Notes: generated by a model from the sequence alone, not told the origin. DNA of 64,000 nucleotides from Candidatus Eiseniibacteriota bacterium (GCA_963776245.1 CAVZLN010000003.1:32001-96000); one strand, 5' to 3'; numbered from the stretch's first letter, positions 1 through 10,136 are shown. Made by a program: numbers and translations.

Positions 1-1182
1 CTCGCCGCGGGCCCACTCGTCCTCGCCGAGGATCACCACCAGCGCGGCGCCCGCCTTGTCGGCGACCTTGAGCTGGGCGCCCATGCCGCGCGCCTCGACA
101 TCGCACTCCACCGCGAGCGAGCGGCGCAGCTCGCGCACCAGCGGCAGCGCGGCCGCGCGCGTGGCGTCCATCGCCACCACCACCACCTCGGGCCGCCGCG
201 GCGCGGGGCCGACCCCGCGCTGCTCGAGCACCAGCAGCACGCGATCGAGCCCGATGGCGAAGCCCACGCCCGGGGTGGCCGGGCCGCCCAGCGCCTCGAC
301 CAGGCCGTCGTACCGCCCGCCGCCGCCGAGCGCGCTCTGCGCGCCGAGCGTGCGGTCGTGCACCTCGAACGCGGTGCGCGTGTAGTAGTCGAGCCCGCGC
401 ACCAGTCCGTGGTCGACCTCGTAGGTGATCCCCAGCGCCTCGAGCCCGGCGAGCACCTGGTCCCAGTGCGCGCGATCGGCGTCATCGAGCGCGTCGAGCA
501 TGCGCGGCATCGCGCCGCGCTCGGCGAACAGCGCGCGGTCGCCAGCGTCCTTGGTGTCGAGCACGCGCAGCGGGTTGGAGACCAGACGCTGCTGCGAGTC
601 CGCGCTCAAGCGGTCGTGCACCGGCGCCAGCCACTCGCGCAGCGCGTCGCCGTAGGCGCGGCGCGAGGCCGGCTGGCCGACGCTGTTCACCGGCACCACG
701 AGGTCGCGGAAGCCCCACGCCTCGTAGAGGTCCACGAACAGCGCGATGATCTCGACGTCGGCGCCCGGCGCGCTCACCCCGACCAGCTCGACATTGAGCT
801 GCGAGAACTGGCGGTAGCGCCCCTTCTGCGGGCGGCCGTAGCGGAACACCGGGCCCTGGCTCCACAGCCGGTGCACGCGCGCGCGCCCGCCGAGGCCGTG
901 CTCGAGGTACGCGCGCATCACGCCGGCGGTGAACTCGGGACGCAGCGCGAGGTCGCGGTCGCCGAGGTCGCGGAACCGGTACATCTCCTTCTGCACCACG
1001 TCGCTCGACTCGCCCGAGGTGCGCGCGAACAGCTCGAAGTCCTCGAACAGCGGGGTGCGGATCTCCGCGTAGCCGTAGCGCTCGAGCACCTCGCGCGCGC
1101 GGTCCTCCGCCCACGCCCAGCGCTCGGTCTCGCCGGGGAGCAGGTCGCGCGTGCCGCGCGGGGCCTGGTGACGGGGTGCCAT
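1..1182 (-). CDS. hisS: Histidine--tRNA ligase (3' end runs off the window)
   Basis: Not in the ORF track (no stop in window). Read manually: ATG at 1182 after AGGAGG gives MAPRHQAPRGTRDLLP, then LRPEFTAG, FRYGRPQKGRYRQFSQ, LVRGLDYYT, GGGGRYDGL and the anticodon domain AQLKVADKAGA..ILGEDE. Confidence 0.97.
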   Translation of the reverse strand, partial: MAPRHQAPRGTRDLLPGETERWAWAEDRAREVLERYGYAEIRTPLFEDFELFARTSGESSDVVQKEMYRFRDLGDRDLALRPEFTAGVMRAYLEHGLGGRARVHRLWSQGPVFRYGRPQKGRYRQFSQLNVELVGVSAPGADVEIIALFVDLYEAWGFRDLVVPVNSVGQPASRRAYGDALREWLAPVHDRLSADSQQRLVSNPLRVLDTKDAGDRALFAERGAMPRMLDALDDADRAHWDQVLAGLEALGITYEVDHGLVRGLDYYTRTAFEVHDRTLGAQSALGGGGRYDGLVEALGGPATPGVGFAIGLDRVLLVLEQRGVGPAPRRPEVVVVAMDATRAAALPLVRELRRSLAVECDVEARGMGAQLKVADKAGAALVVILGEDEWARGE

Positions 1183-1197
1183 CGCGAACCTTCCTCC

Positions 1198-1587
1198 TCA
1201 GTTGCGGCGGGTGAAGACGAACGCGAGCTGCGCCAGCATCAGCCCGGCGAGATCGGCCACCAGGTCGAGCGCGCTGCACTCGCGGCCGGGGACGAAGCGC
1301 TGGTGCAGCTCGTCCGTCAGCCCCACCAGCCCGCCCAGGCCCACCGCCATGACCGCCGCCATCACCGCGATGCGCACCCGCAACGTCGCGCGCAGGGCGC
1401 GCGCCAGCAGGAAGCCGAGCACCGCGTACTCGAGGACGTGGTAGAGCTTGTCGGCGTTGACGAAGCGGACCGGGGGCTGGAGGTTGGCCTGACCGCCCAC
1501 CACCAGCACGAGCGTGGCGTACACCAGCACCGGCAGCCAATACCCGATGAAGAGCACGAAGTCCCGCCGTGCCGGGGGTCGCTCCAC
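1198..1587 (-). CDS. VanZ family membrane protein
   Basis: Motifs DKLYHVLEYAVLG and DELHQRFVPGRECSALDLVAD. GTG start at 1587 with GGAGG upstream. Confidence 0.85.
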   Translation of the reverse strand: MERPPARRDFVLFIGYWLPVLVYATLVLVVGGQANLQPPVRFVNADKLYHVLEYAVLGFLLARALRATLRVRIAVMAAVMAVGLGGLVGLTDELHQRFVPGRECSALDLVADLAGLMLAQLAFVFTRRN

Positions 1588-1731
1588 CCGCCGTCCTCCG
1601 TGGTTGGACCCGCTCCCCCGCCCGCGCGGCGCGCGCGAGCCGGCCTCGGACCCTCGAGAGTTCGGCGCAATGTAGCACGCACGCGCGCGGAGCGTCATGT
1701 CGAGCCGCAGCCGGCGCGCGGGCCTTCACGC

Positions 1732-1760
1732 TTGACGCACGCGCGCCGCGAACGTAGATT
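1732..1760 (+). promoter_or_regulatory. sigma70-type promoter of tRNA-Lys
   Basis: TTGACG-17 nt-TAGATT, about 45 nt upstream of the tRNA. Confidence 0.75.
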
Positions 1761-1803
1761 CCCTGCCGCTCTTGTCCGCACATCGAGGTGCGGTTCGCCG
1801 AGT

Positions 1804-1879
<76 letters not shown>

Positions 1880-2417
1880 TCTCACCCGCGGCTCGTCGTC
1901 CCACCGGACGGCGAGCCGACGCGTTTCGGGCCCCGGTCGCCGCGCGCCCTTCACCCCCGCCAGCCCCACGCCGCGCCGCCGCCTCCGCCCGCTCGGCGTC
2001 GTGACGCGATCGCGACTCAGCGACCGGCGCGCGGGCCACGTGTCCCCTTCGCTTCGCCCACTGGGCGCCCGCCCGCCATGCAGGCCAAGGGCCGCGCTGC
2101 GCCCGGGGGACGCCGGTGCTCACACCTGCGGATCGGATCGATCCGTTCCCGGCGGGCCCGCGCCGCGCCCGCCCGGGGGCGCCGGTTCAGGCCACTCGAA
2201 CGCCTTTGCCGTACGGAAACCGGTCCGAAGCGTCCTTTTCGATGGACATCTGGGGCCGCGGACCAGCATGATTCCCGTCAGGCCGTTGTCACGACATCCT
2301 CGCGCGCCGCGCTATGCGTCGCGACTCGTCGGTGCGTGACGATGGCCCGATTTGTTTCTTGCCCGAAGAGGCCGCGAACCAGCGCTCGCACCTTCGTCAT
2401 CCCTGCGGAAGGTCCCC

Positions 2418-3338
2418 ATGCGACTTCGTCACCACGCCTCCACTCTCATCCTGACCGGTGTCGCCCTGGCCTTCGCGGCTTCGGTGTCGATCGCCCAAGC
2501 GCTCGATACTCCCAGCTTGTCTTCGGTCGCCGTCGGGCATGGAAAGGTGCACATCACGATCACGGCCGGTCCGAGCGGTGCTCCCGGCGGCTTCGAAGTC
2601 TGCTACATGACCGCGGCCGATTTCGCGGCGCGCGGCGGCTGGCCCGCCAGCGGCTGGTGGCCCGAGGAAGGCTGGGTCACCTACACCGGCGTCGGCACCC
2701 TGAACACCTGGGGCTCCGCGCAGGTCGACTTCAAGCTCGGCCCCGGACAGTCGATCGACGTCGAGATCGGCGACGCAGCGGACGAGTCAGGCGTTTCGGG
2801 CACCACGGCGAACGAACTCACCGACGCGACCGACTGGGTCATCTGTGTGTATGCCGTCGCCGGCGGCGGCCAGTCGCGCAGCGTGTACTCGGCCAACATC
2901 GCGGGCACGACGACCGCGCAGGGCTCGAACTGCACTTACACGCAGGGCTACTGGAAGAACCACAGCGGCTCGTGGCCGGTCTCCAGCCTGATGCTGGGCA
3001 CGGTGAACTACTCGGCGGCGCAGCTGCTGTCGATCCTCAACAAGCCGGTCGGCGGCAATGGCCTCATCTCGCTCGCCCACCAGCTGATCGCGACCAAGCT
3101 CAACATCGCGGCCGGCGCCGACCCGACCGCGGTGGCGGCCAGCATCGCGTCGGCCAACGCGCTCATCGGCGGTCTGGTCGTGCCTCCGGTCGGCGCGGGC
3201 TACCTCGCCCCGGCCGCGACCAGCGCACTCACGCAATCGCTGGACGACTTCAACAACGGCCTCACGGGTCCCGGCCACTGCGGCGGCACGCAGGCGCGCA
3301 AGTCGACGTGGGGCGGCGTGAAGGGCCTTTACCGCTAG
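2418..3338 (+). CDS. Secreted protein with CTYTQGYWKNH-type domain and C-terminal STWGGVKGLYR motif
   Basis: Signal peptide MRLRHH...AQA; typical codon usage; followed by a hairpin. Confidence 0.8.
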   Translation: MRLRHHASTLILTGVALAFAASVSIAQALDTPSLSSVAVGHGKVHITITAGPSGAPGGFEVCYMTAADFAARGGWPASGWWPEEGWVTYTGVGTLNTWGSAQVDFKLGPGQSIDVEIGDAADESGVSGTTANELTDATDWVICVYAVAGGGQSRSVYSANIAGTTTAQGSNCTYTQGYWKNHSGSWPVSSLMLGTVNYSAAQLLSILNKPVGGNGLISLAHQLIATKLNIAAGADPTAVAASIASANALIGGLVVPPVGAGYLAPAATSALTQSLDDFNNGLTGPGHCGGTQARKSTWGGVKGLYR

Positions 3339-3363
3339 TCCGCCACCGCGCCGAGCAGTCCCG

Positions 3364-3392
3364 ACGCCCGCCCTCCTCACGAGGGCGGGCGT
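3364..3392. terminator. Terminator-like hairpin between convergent genes
   Basis: Perfect 12-bp stem ACGCCCGCCCTC/GAGGGCGGGCGT; weak U tract. Confidence 0.6.
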
Positions 3393-3453
3393 TCCGTTGG
3401 GGGTGTGACGTCCACGCTGCCGCCCACTCCCGAAGACCCGGTCATGAGCTGCT

Positions 3454-4647
3454 TCACCCCCGCCAGCCCCACGCGAGCCCGACCAGCACCAGCCCCACCG
3501 CCGCGATCCACATCGCCGCGCGCGCCGGCCACGGCACGGCCCCCGGCTGGGACGCCGCGGGGGCGGGCACGCCGAACGCCGCGCGCGCCTCGCGCACCGC
3601 GACCACGAACGCCGTGGTCCACGCGGCGCCGAGCGCGAACAGCGGCACCACGCGCCCGGCGTGCGCGAGCGAGCGCGCGGTCTCGAACCACAGCCGCGCA
3701 CCCGGCGTGCCCGGGACGCCGGCGAGCGAGAGCAGCGCGAACAGCCCCGCGAGCCCCGCGAGCGGATGACGCCGGAACAGCGCGGCGGCGGGCGCGGGGC
3801 CCTCGGCGACCGGGAGGAAACGCGCCACCAGCCCGGCGCCCGCGAGCGAGAGCATGAGATGAGCGGCCCACGCGTCCGCGTGCGGCATGGTCAGGGGCGC
3901 GCCGACCTGCGCGGCGGCGAACGAGGCGAGCACCAGCCCGCCCTGCAGGCTCGCGAGCGTGCCGACGCGACGCTCGGGCCGGCGCTGCGCCACCAGCGTC
4001 GCCGCGCTGGCGAGGAACGCGACCGTGGCGCCGAAGCCCAGCAGGCCGGTCGCCAGCGCCGCCGCATCGGGATCCGCCTCGACGCCGGCGACCCGCGCCG
4101 CGAGCCACGCCATCCCGAGCGCCTGGAGCGCCGCCGCGGTGAGCGGCGCGGCCCACGCACGTCCGCCGTGCATCAGGTCGGCGAGCCAGGCGTGGAACGG
4201 CGCGGCGCCCACCAGCACCGCGCCCGCCAGCAGCGAGAGCGGCAGCGCGGTGCGCCACAGGGTGGGCGGATCGATGGCGAGCGCGAGCACGCCCCATTGC
4301 TCGCTGGGGATCGCGGTGCCGGCCGCCAGGGTGAGCAGCTGCACCCCGGCCCACGACAGCGCGAGCGCGGGCGCCACCACCCACGCCAGCTTGAGCGCGC
4401 ACTCGGTCTGCAGGCGGTCGTCGCGATCGCGCGCCAGCAGCGCCACCGCCAGCGCCACGCCGGGCACCGCCCACGCGGCGGGAGCGCCCGGCACGCCCCC
4501 GGCCAGCGCCGCCAGCGCCGCCAGCGCCAGCGCGGTGAACGCCCCATGCGTCCGTCCACGGCGCTCCAGCGAGAGCGCGGACAGCGCGGAGGCGAGCGCC
4601 ACCGCGGCGGCGATCAGGCGCAGGAACACCGGGGCGAGCGCGGTCAT
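3454..4647 (-). CDS. Divergent NuoN/MrpD-like proton-conducting membrane subunit
   Basis: Start MTALAPVF overlaps the upstream stop (ATGA). Motifs ECALKL, GAAPFHAWLAD and LLSLAGVPG resemble NuoN EAALKY, PFHxWxPD and SLAGIPP. Confidence 0.7.
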   Translation of the reverse strand: MTALAPVFLRLIAAAVALASALSALSLERRGRTHGAFTALALAALAALAGGVPGAPAAWAVPGVALAVALLARDRDDRLQTECALKLAWVVAPALALSWAGVQLLTLAAGTAIPSEQWGVLALAIDPPTLWRTALPLSLLAGAVLVGAAPFHAWLADLMHGGRAWAAPLTAAALQALGMAWLAARVAGVEADPDAAALATGLLGFGATVAFLASAATLVAQRRPERRVGTLASLQGGLVLASFAAAQVGAPLTMPHADAWAAHLMLSLAGAGLVARFLPVAEGPAPAAALFRRHPLAGLAGLFALLSLAGVPGTPGARLWFETARSLAHAGRVVPLFALGAAWTTAFVVAVREARAAFGVPAPAASQPGAVPWPARAAMWIAAVGLVLVGLAWGWRG

Positions 4648-5978
4648 CGCAGGAACGGGAGCAGGACCGCGAGCACCGCGGCGGCGACCACCAGCAGGAG
4701 CACCTCCTGCGGGTCGCCCGAGTGCAGGTCGCGCAGCGGCAGGATGAGACCGCGCAACAGCGTGACGACCGCGCCCACCAGTCGCTGTTCGGCCGTCACC
4801 ACCACGCGGAACACGTCGCGCGCGAGCGCGCGGGCGACGCGGCCCACGCGTTCCACTCCGGCGAGCGCCGGCTCCACCACGCTCGCCCCGCGGCCGGTGA
4901 GCGCGAACCCGCCGCCGATCAGCGCGGGCAACAATGCGAGCGCCGCCCCGGGCCACGACGCCTCGAGCCCGGTCCACCACGCCATCAGCAGCGCGGCCGG
5001 GCCGAGCATGAGCGTGACGCCGGCGCCGACGTGACTGGCGGTGAACGCGAGTTCGCGGCGCACCACCTGGCGGCGCTCGGGCGCCTCGACGAAGCGCCGC
5101 ACGGCGATCCACGCGCCGAGCGCCACCGGCAGCGAGCCGGCGAGCACCGCGAGCGGCATCGGTCCGGGCGCGCGGCCGGCCAGCAGCGCCAGCAGCACCG
5201 GCCACGACAGCGACGCCCCGGCGGTCCACGAGGCGAGACGCCACAGGCGATGGAGCAGCGCGCCGCGCCGCGGCGTGGCGCCGCGCAGTTCGCCCGCGAG
5301 CATGAACGCGCGCCCGCCCGACGCGGCGATCCACAGCATCAGGCTGACCGCCGGGTGCACCCCGCCCATCGCCACCAGCAGCGCCGCGAAGGCGCCGTCG
5401 GCGACCGCCAGCCAGCGCAGGCTCGCCGTCCACTGCAGGCGGCCGAACGCGCGCAGGGTGCCGAGCAGCGCGGTGAGGATGAGCAGCACCACCGCGGGGC
5501 CGCGCACCAGGGGCAGCGCGGTCCACGCCCCCGCGTGGCGCCACAGCACCAGGAAGCCCGCCGCGGGCAGCAGCACCGGCAGCCACGGGCGGATCACGAG
5601 CAGCGGTCCGGGCAGGTCGGAGTAGGGCCGCGCCGCGGGCAGCGCCGCCAGCAGCTCGAGCCCCGCCCACACCAGCGCCACCGCCTCGAGCGAGCGCAGC
5701 GACACCGCGACGTGCGGCGGCGGCGCGCCGGCGGACGCGAGCGCGTGAGCGGCCGCGGCCAGCCACAGCGCCTGCGCCGGGCGGCGCAGCCATCCCCAGC
5801 GCGGCAATTGCTCGCGCGCGTCCTCCGCCGCTCTCGCCCACGACCAGAACGCCAGCGCCAGCGCCTCGAGCGCGAGCGCGCCCGCCCACATCGGGCCGGC
5901 GGCGAGCAGCGGATAGGCGAGCACGGTGAGCAGCGCGCCCGCGACACGCGGCCCGGGAGTGCGAAGGGGCGGACGCAT
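4644..5978 (-). CDS. Polytopic membrane protein, remote NuoL/HyfB-like
   Basis: Highly hydrophobic. C-terminal amphipathic helix followed by RDLHSGDPQEVLLLV, like the NuoL/HyfB 'LQSG' tail. Operonic with its neighbours. Confidence 0.5.
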   Translation of the reverse strand: MRPPLRTPGPRVAGALLTVLAYPLLAAGPMWAGALALEALALAFWSWARAAEDAREQLPRWGWLRRPAQALWLAAAAHALASAGAPPPHVAVSLRSLEAVALVWAGLELLAALPAARPYSDLPGPLLVIRPWLPVLLPAAGFLVLWRHAGAWTALPLVRGPAVVLLILTALLGTLRAFGRLQWTASLRWLAVADGAFAALLVAMGGVHPAVSLMLWIAASGGRAFMLAGELRGATPRRGALLHRLWRLASWTAGASLSWPVLLALLAGRAPGPMPLAVLAGSLPVALGAWIAVRRFVEAPERRQVVRRELAFTASHVGAGVTLMLGPAALLMAWWTGLEASWPGAALALLPALIGGGFALTGRGASVVEPALAGVERVGRVARALARDVFRVVVTAEQRLVGAVVTLLRGLILPLRDLHSGDPQEVLLLVVAAAVLAVLLPFLR

Positions 5979-5980
5979 GG

Positions 5981-6634
5981 TCAGTCGTGCAGGTCGTGGG
6001 AGAGCGCGATGCGGTCGCTGCCCACCGCGTGCTCGCGCGCGGCGGCGAGCCGGCCGGCCAGCGCCACCGCGAGCACGGTGGCGGCGAGCGGGCCGACCGA
6101 CCACCCCACGCCCCCCTGCGCCGTGCCGGCGGCGTACTCGAGCACCTGCACTCCGTAGCCGAGCGCGGCGAACGACAGCGCCGCGCGGCGCACGCGCCGG
6201 CGCAGCATGAGGTGCATGAGCCCGAGCCCGAGCATGAGCAGCGCGAGCGCGGCGCGGCGGTCGGCGTCGGGACCGAGGTCGGCCCGCGCCAGCGCCGCCA
6301 CCAGCAGCCCCAGCAGCGCGAGCCCGACGGCGATCCCGGCGGCGCTCGACTCGAGCCCGCCGAGCAGCGCGCGCCCCGGGCGCGGCGACCGCTCCCCCGC
6401 GCCCGGGCGCCCGCCGAGCCACGCTACGGCGAGCCACAGCGCGCACCATGCCGCGGTGACCAGCGCAGGCGCGCCGGCGGGCACGAAGGGCAGCGCGAGC
6501 GCCACGCCGAGCGCCGCCAGCCGCGCGACCCCGCGCCCGGGCAGCACCACCGAAGGCGCCACGCATGCGGCGGGCGCGAGCCAGCGCGCCAGCGACAGCG
6601 GGTCGAGCGTGGTCCAGGCGTCGAGGAAGTTCAC
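5981..6634 (-). CDS. Membrane protein, HyfE/NuoK-like
   Basis: About 6 TM helices. LGLGLMHLMLRRRVRRAALSF and the end DRIALSHDLHD resemble HyfE. Confidence 0.5.
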   Translation of the reverse strand: MNFLDAWTTLDPLSLARWLAPAACVAPSVVLPGRGVARLAALGVALALPFVPAGAPALVTAAWCALWLAVAWLGGRPGAGERSPRPGRALLGGLESSAAGIAVGLALLGLLVAALARADLGPDADRRAALALLMLGLGLMHLMLRRRVRRAALSFAALGYGVQVLEYAAGTAQGGVGWSVGPLAATVLAVALAGRLAAAREHAVGSDRIALSHDLHD

Positions 6635-6693
6635 GCGGGCTCCCTCCGCGTGGGTGGGACGGCGGGGCTCCGACCGGCGGGCCGGCCGGCGGG

Positions 6694-7161
6694 CTACGGG
6701 ATGTAGACGCTCTCCGCCTGGTGCAGCGTCGCCAGGAACTCCTCGGCGCTGCGCGCCTCGCGCAGACCGCGGCGCACGCTCTCCTCCTTGAGGAGACGCG
6801 AGATGTTGGCGAGCACCTTGACGTGCAGGGTGGTGGCGCTCTCGGGCGAGACGAACAGTACGATGAGGTTCACCGGTTGTCCGTCCTCGGCCTCGAAGTC
6901 GAGCCCATCCGGGACCAGCCCCACCGCCGCCGCCATGCGGTCCACCGCGCGCGCCTTGCCGTGCGGGATGGCGATGCCGTTGCCGATCCCGGTGGTCATC
7001 ATGGCCTCGCGGCGCAGGACGCGATCGAGGATCTCGCCCTGGCTCTGGAAGCCGTGCGCCGCCTCGAGCCCGTCCACCAGTTCGACCAGCGCTTCCCGCT
7101 TGGTCCGCGCCTTGAGGCGCACCAGGACGGCAGCAGGGTTGAGCAACTCGGAGAGGCGCAT
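6694..7161 (-). CDS. PTS EIIA component (Ntr/fructose type)
   Basis: REAMMTTGIGNGIAIPHGK containing the phospho-His; DGQPVNLIVLF; HVKVLANISRLL. Confidence 0.92.
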   Translation of the reverse strand: MRLSELLNPAAVLVRLKARTKREALVELVDGLEAAHGFQSQGEILDRVLRREAMMTTGIGNGIAIPHGKARAVDRMAAAVGLVPDGLDFEAEDGQPVNLIVLFVSPESATTLHVKVLANISRLLKEESVRRGLREARSAEEFLATLHQAESVYIP

Positions 7162-7207
7162 GAGGATGGCTCCGGACCCGGACCGCAGGGCATCGCGTGG
7201 ACTCCGG

Positions 7208-7236
7208 AACCTAGGCAGCGTGCGCGGGGGTGTCAA
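7208..7236 (-). promoter_or_regulatory. sigma70-type promoter for the EIIA/membrane-module operon
   Basis: Minus strand TTGACA-17 nt-TAGGTT. Confidence 0.7.
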
Positions 7237-7438
7237 GCGGGATTCGTCCGCGGGCGCGACCGTCCGCGGCGCGCGGGGCGCGTCTCGTGGCCGCGCCCGG
7301 ACACGCTCGGACACGCGTCGGGAGCGCGGCGCGCTTGTGCTAGACTGATGGCTGTCCGCGCACGGGGAAGTGCAGTTCGGTACCGCATCCGACCCCCGAC
7401 CGCATCATGCACCGCAACCCATCCTGGGAGGCACGGAC

Positions 7439-8815
7439 ATGTCGCAGGGCCGCCCGGCAGGGAGGCAGGGAAGCCCCATGAAGCAGGAGTACATCGATTT
7501 CAGGCAGCTGCTCGAGCGCCTGCTGCCGCTCGAACGTCTGCCTGCCGCCGACCGGCTGCGCGTGCAGCGCGCCCTCACCTCGGGGGTCGCCCAGCAGATC
7601 GAGGCGGCCGCGATGATCGCTCTCGCCCAGCTCGAGCAGTTGGGTGCGCTGCGGCGGATCCCCGCGGTCGCGAACGCCCACGGCCCGGTGGTGCGCTACC
7701 AGAACGACGTCGGCATCGACGTGATCACCGTCCCGGTGCCGGGTCCGCGGGAGCAGGCGGGCGTGCGGATCCACCCGCGATCGCTGCTGCCCGCCCAGGC
7801 CCAGGCGAGCCTCGAACAGGTGCGCCGCCTGCTCCGCCTCGACGATCCGATGCTGCTCGCCGATCCGCGGCAGTCGATCGGCCACGAGGCGCTCATCGTC
7901 CAGGTCGATCTCGCCGGGCGCGAGTTCCTCGGCGCCAGCGCGGCCCGGCTCGTGGTCGCCACCGACGACGAGGAGGAGCCCGGGGCCCCGCCCTTCGACG
8001 CGGCGCTGGTCGACGCGGCACGGCAACACCCCGACGATCTCTACTACTGCCCCGACACTGCCCGCGCGCCGGCCCTCGCCGCCGCCGGGCGCCGCCTCGG
8101 CGTGGGAGCGCTGGTGGTGGTGGCAGTGGTGGCGGCCGGCGGCGAGACGCTCGGCCACCTCGAGGTGCTCAGCGAGGGGCGCCAGGTGTTCGCGCCCGAG
8201 GACCTGTCGCTCATCGCGCTGCTCGCCGACTCGTGCGGCCGCGCGCTCGAACGCGCGGCGCGCATCGAGAAGCTGGTGTTCGTGGACCCGCTCACCTCGG
8301 TGTACAACCGCTCGTACTTCGACCTGCAGGTGTCCAACGAGATGGCGCGCGCGCAGCGCGATCGCACCTCGATGGCGCTGCTGCTCGCCGACATCGACGA
8401 GTTCAAGGCGGTCAACACCGCGTTCGGCTACGAGGCCGGCAACCAGGTGCTGGTGCAGGTGGCGCAGGCGCTGCGCCACGCGGTGCGCCCGTTCGACACC
8501 GTGGCGCGCTGGGGCGGCGAGGAGTTCACCCTGCTGCTCACTCCGCCGGTGGAGGCGGACGACGCAGCCACCATCTCGGAGCGGCTGCGCACCATCATCG
8601 AGCGCCTGCCGGTGCGCATCGAGGGCCTCGATCGCCGCTCGCACCGCGTGAGCATCACCATGAGCGTCGGCGTCGCGATGTTCCCCGAGCACGCCGACAA
8701 TCCGCAGGAGCTGTGGCGCGCGGCCAACCACGCCCTGCTGCGCGCGAAGCGCCCGCCCAAGAACCAGGTGGTGTTCTACCAGCCGCAGGCCGATCCGAAG
8801 CTCCGGATCCGCTGA
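7439..8815 (+). CDS. GAF-GGDEF diguanylate cyclase
   Basis: DPLTSVYNR, DIDEFKAVN, I-site RPFD, active site GGEEF. GAF-like region upstream. Alternative start at 7478. Confidence 0.93.
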   Translation: MSQGRPAGRQGSPMKQEYIDFRQLLERLLPLERLPAADRLRVQRALTSGVAQQIEAAAMIALAQLEQLGALRRIPAVANAHGPVVRYQNDVGIDVITVPVPGPREQAGVRIHPRSLLPAQAQASLEQVRRLLRLDDPMLLADPRQSIGHEALIVQVDLAGREFLGASAARLVVATDDEEEPGAPPFDAALVDAARQHPDDLYYCPDTARAPALAAAGRRLGVGALVVVAVVAAGGETLGHLEVLSEGRQVFAPEDLSLIALLADSCGRALERAARIEKLVFVDPLTSVYNRSYFDLQVSNEMARAQRDRTSMALLLADIDEFKAVNTAFGYEAGNQVLVQVAQALRHAVRPFDTVARWGGEEFTLLLTPPVEADDAATISERLRTIIERLPVRIEGLDRRSHRVSITMSVGVAMFPEHADNPQELWRAANHALLRAKRPPKNQVVFYQPQADPKLRIR

Positions 8816-8828
8816 TCCGCGCGCGATC

Positions 8829-10067
8829 TCAGGCGGGCGCGGCGGGCGGACGGCGCTCGAGCAGCCCGGCGAGCCGGCCCGCGGCGAGGATGAGCACCAG
8901 CGGGCGCACCGGTTCGAAGTAGCGCGAATTGGTGTAGAACACCGCCAGCGCGAGCGCGTTCAGCACCAGCGCCACCAGCATCGCGCCCGCCAGCGTGCGC
9001 GGCCCGGACCCGGCGCGCAGACCCTCCAATCCGGCCGGCACCGCCAGCGCGTAGAGCGCCAGCAGCGCCACGAAGAACCCCACCCGGAGGGCCGCGCGGT
9101 CCTCCGAGACCACCGGCAGGAAGCACAGCCGCCAGAATCGCTTGAGCGCGATCCCGGCGCTGCGCCCGAAGTCGGCGCGCCAGTTCTCGAGGCCGGCGTG
9201 GAGCAGCGCGCGGTCCACCTCGAGGGCGTCGGGCTCGTGACCGAGCCGGTGCGCCTCGGCCTCGAGCACGCGCCCGCGCAGGGCGGGCCACCGCGAGTTG
9301 ATCCAGCGCCCGTCGGTCTCGGGCGTGGTGCCCATGTAGAACAGCTCGCCGCCGCCGGTGGAGACCGGGATGAAGGCCTGGAACACGACCGCGTTGCGGA
9401 GGGTCCACGGCGCGAGCACCAGCGCCGCGCCGAGCGCAAGCGCCGCGAGCCGGGGCACGTCGGCGCGCAGCTCGCGGCGGCGGTGGATCAGCCAGCCGAG
9501 CACGATGCCCGCGAGCGGCGCGAGCCCGTTGGGGCGCACCATGGCGGCGGCGCCGGTGGCGATCCCGGTGAGCAGCGCGCGACCCGCCGACGGCGCGGAC
9601 GCGAAGCGCACGAACGCCGCCACGGTGAGCATGACGCACAGCGTGAACAGCGGCTCGGTCTGCAGGAAGCGGCTCTCGCGGAAGAACGGCGGCCACGTCA
9701 GCGCGAGCAGGAAGGCGAGCATGCCGGCGCGCCGCGACTCGAACACGCGCGTCGCGACCCAGCCCACCAGGAAGATGGTCCCGGCGTCGAACAGACCCTG
9801 GAACATCACCGCCACGCGGCGCGCGTCGCCGAACACGGCGTAGATGCCGGCGAGGGTGAGCGGCCAGCCGGGCGGCTTCCAGACCCACGGGCCGTCGCCG
9901 TTCGAGTATCCGGTGCCCGCGATCAGGCTGCGCGCCACGCGGTCGTAGAGCATCTCGTCGCCCGTGAACGGCATCTGGGGGTGGACCGATGCCACCAGCA
10001 GCGCGGTGCGGGCCGCGACGAGGGCGATGCCGAGGGCGAGGAGCGACCTCACGGGGATGGGGCGCAT
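8829..10067 (-). CDS. GT-C fold membrane glycosyltransferase (family 39 / ArnT-like)
   Basis: GDEMLY, KPPGWP, LQTEPLF, VRPNG, PWTLRN, NSRYFEP; multiple TM helices. Confidence 0.85.
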   Translation of the reverse strand: MRPIPVRSLLALGIALVAARTALLVASVHPQMPFTGDEMLYDRVARSLIAGTGYSNGDGPWVWKPPGWPLTLAGIYAVFGDARRVAVMFQGLFDAGTIFLVGWVATRVFESRRAGMLAFLLALTWPPFFRESRFLQTEPLFTLCVMLTVAAFVRFASAPSAGRALLTGIATGAAAMVRPNGLAPLAGIVLGWLIHRRRELRADVPRLAALALGAALVLAPWTLRNAVVFQAFIPVSTGGGELFYMGTTPETDGRWINSRWPALRGRVLEAEAHRLGHEPDALEVDRALLHAGLENWRADFGRSAGIALKRFWRLCFLPVVSEDRAALRVGFFVALLALYALAVPAGLEGLRAGSGPRTLAGAMLVALVLNALALAVFYTNSRYFEPVRPLVLILAAGRLAGLLERRPPAAPA

Positions 10068-10136
10068 GTCGGGGGGGACTATGCCCACGCGGCGCGGACA
10101 CCGCAAGGAACACCGCGCGTGCGTGGGGGTGTTCGA

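Noticed and set aside
2282..2346. Imperfect inverted repeat GCCGTTGTCACG...CGTGACGATGGC upstream of the secreted protein
   Set aside because: A single imperfect instance in GC-rich DNA with no second copy or known consensus; insufficient support.
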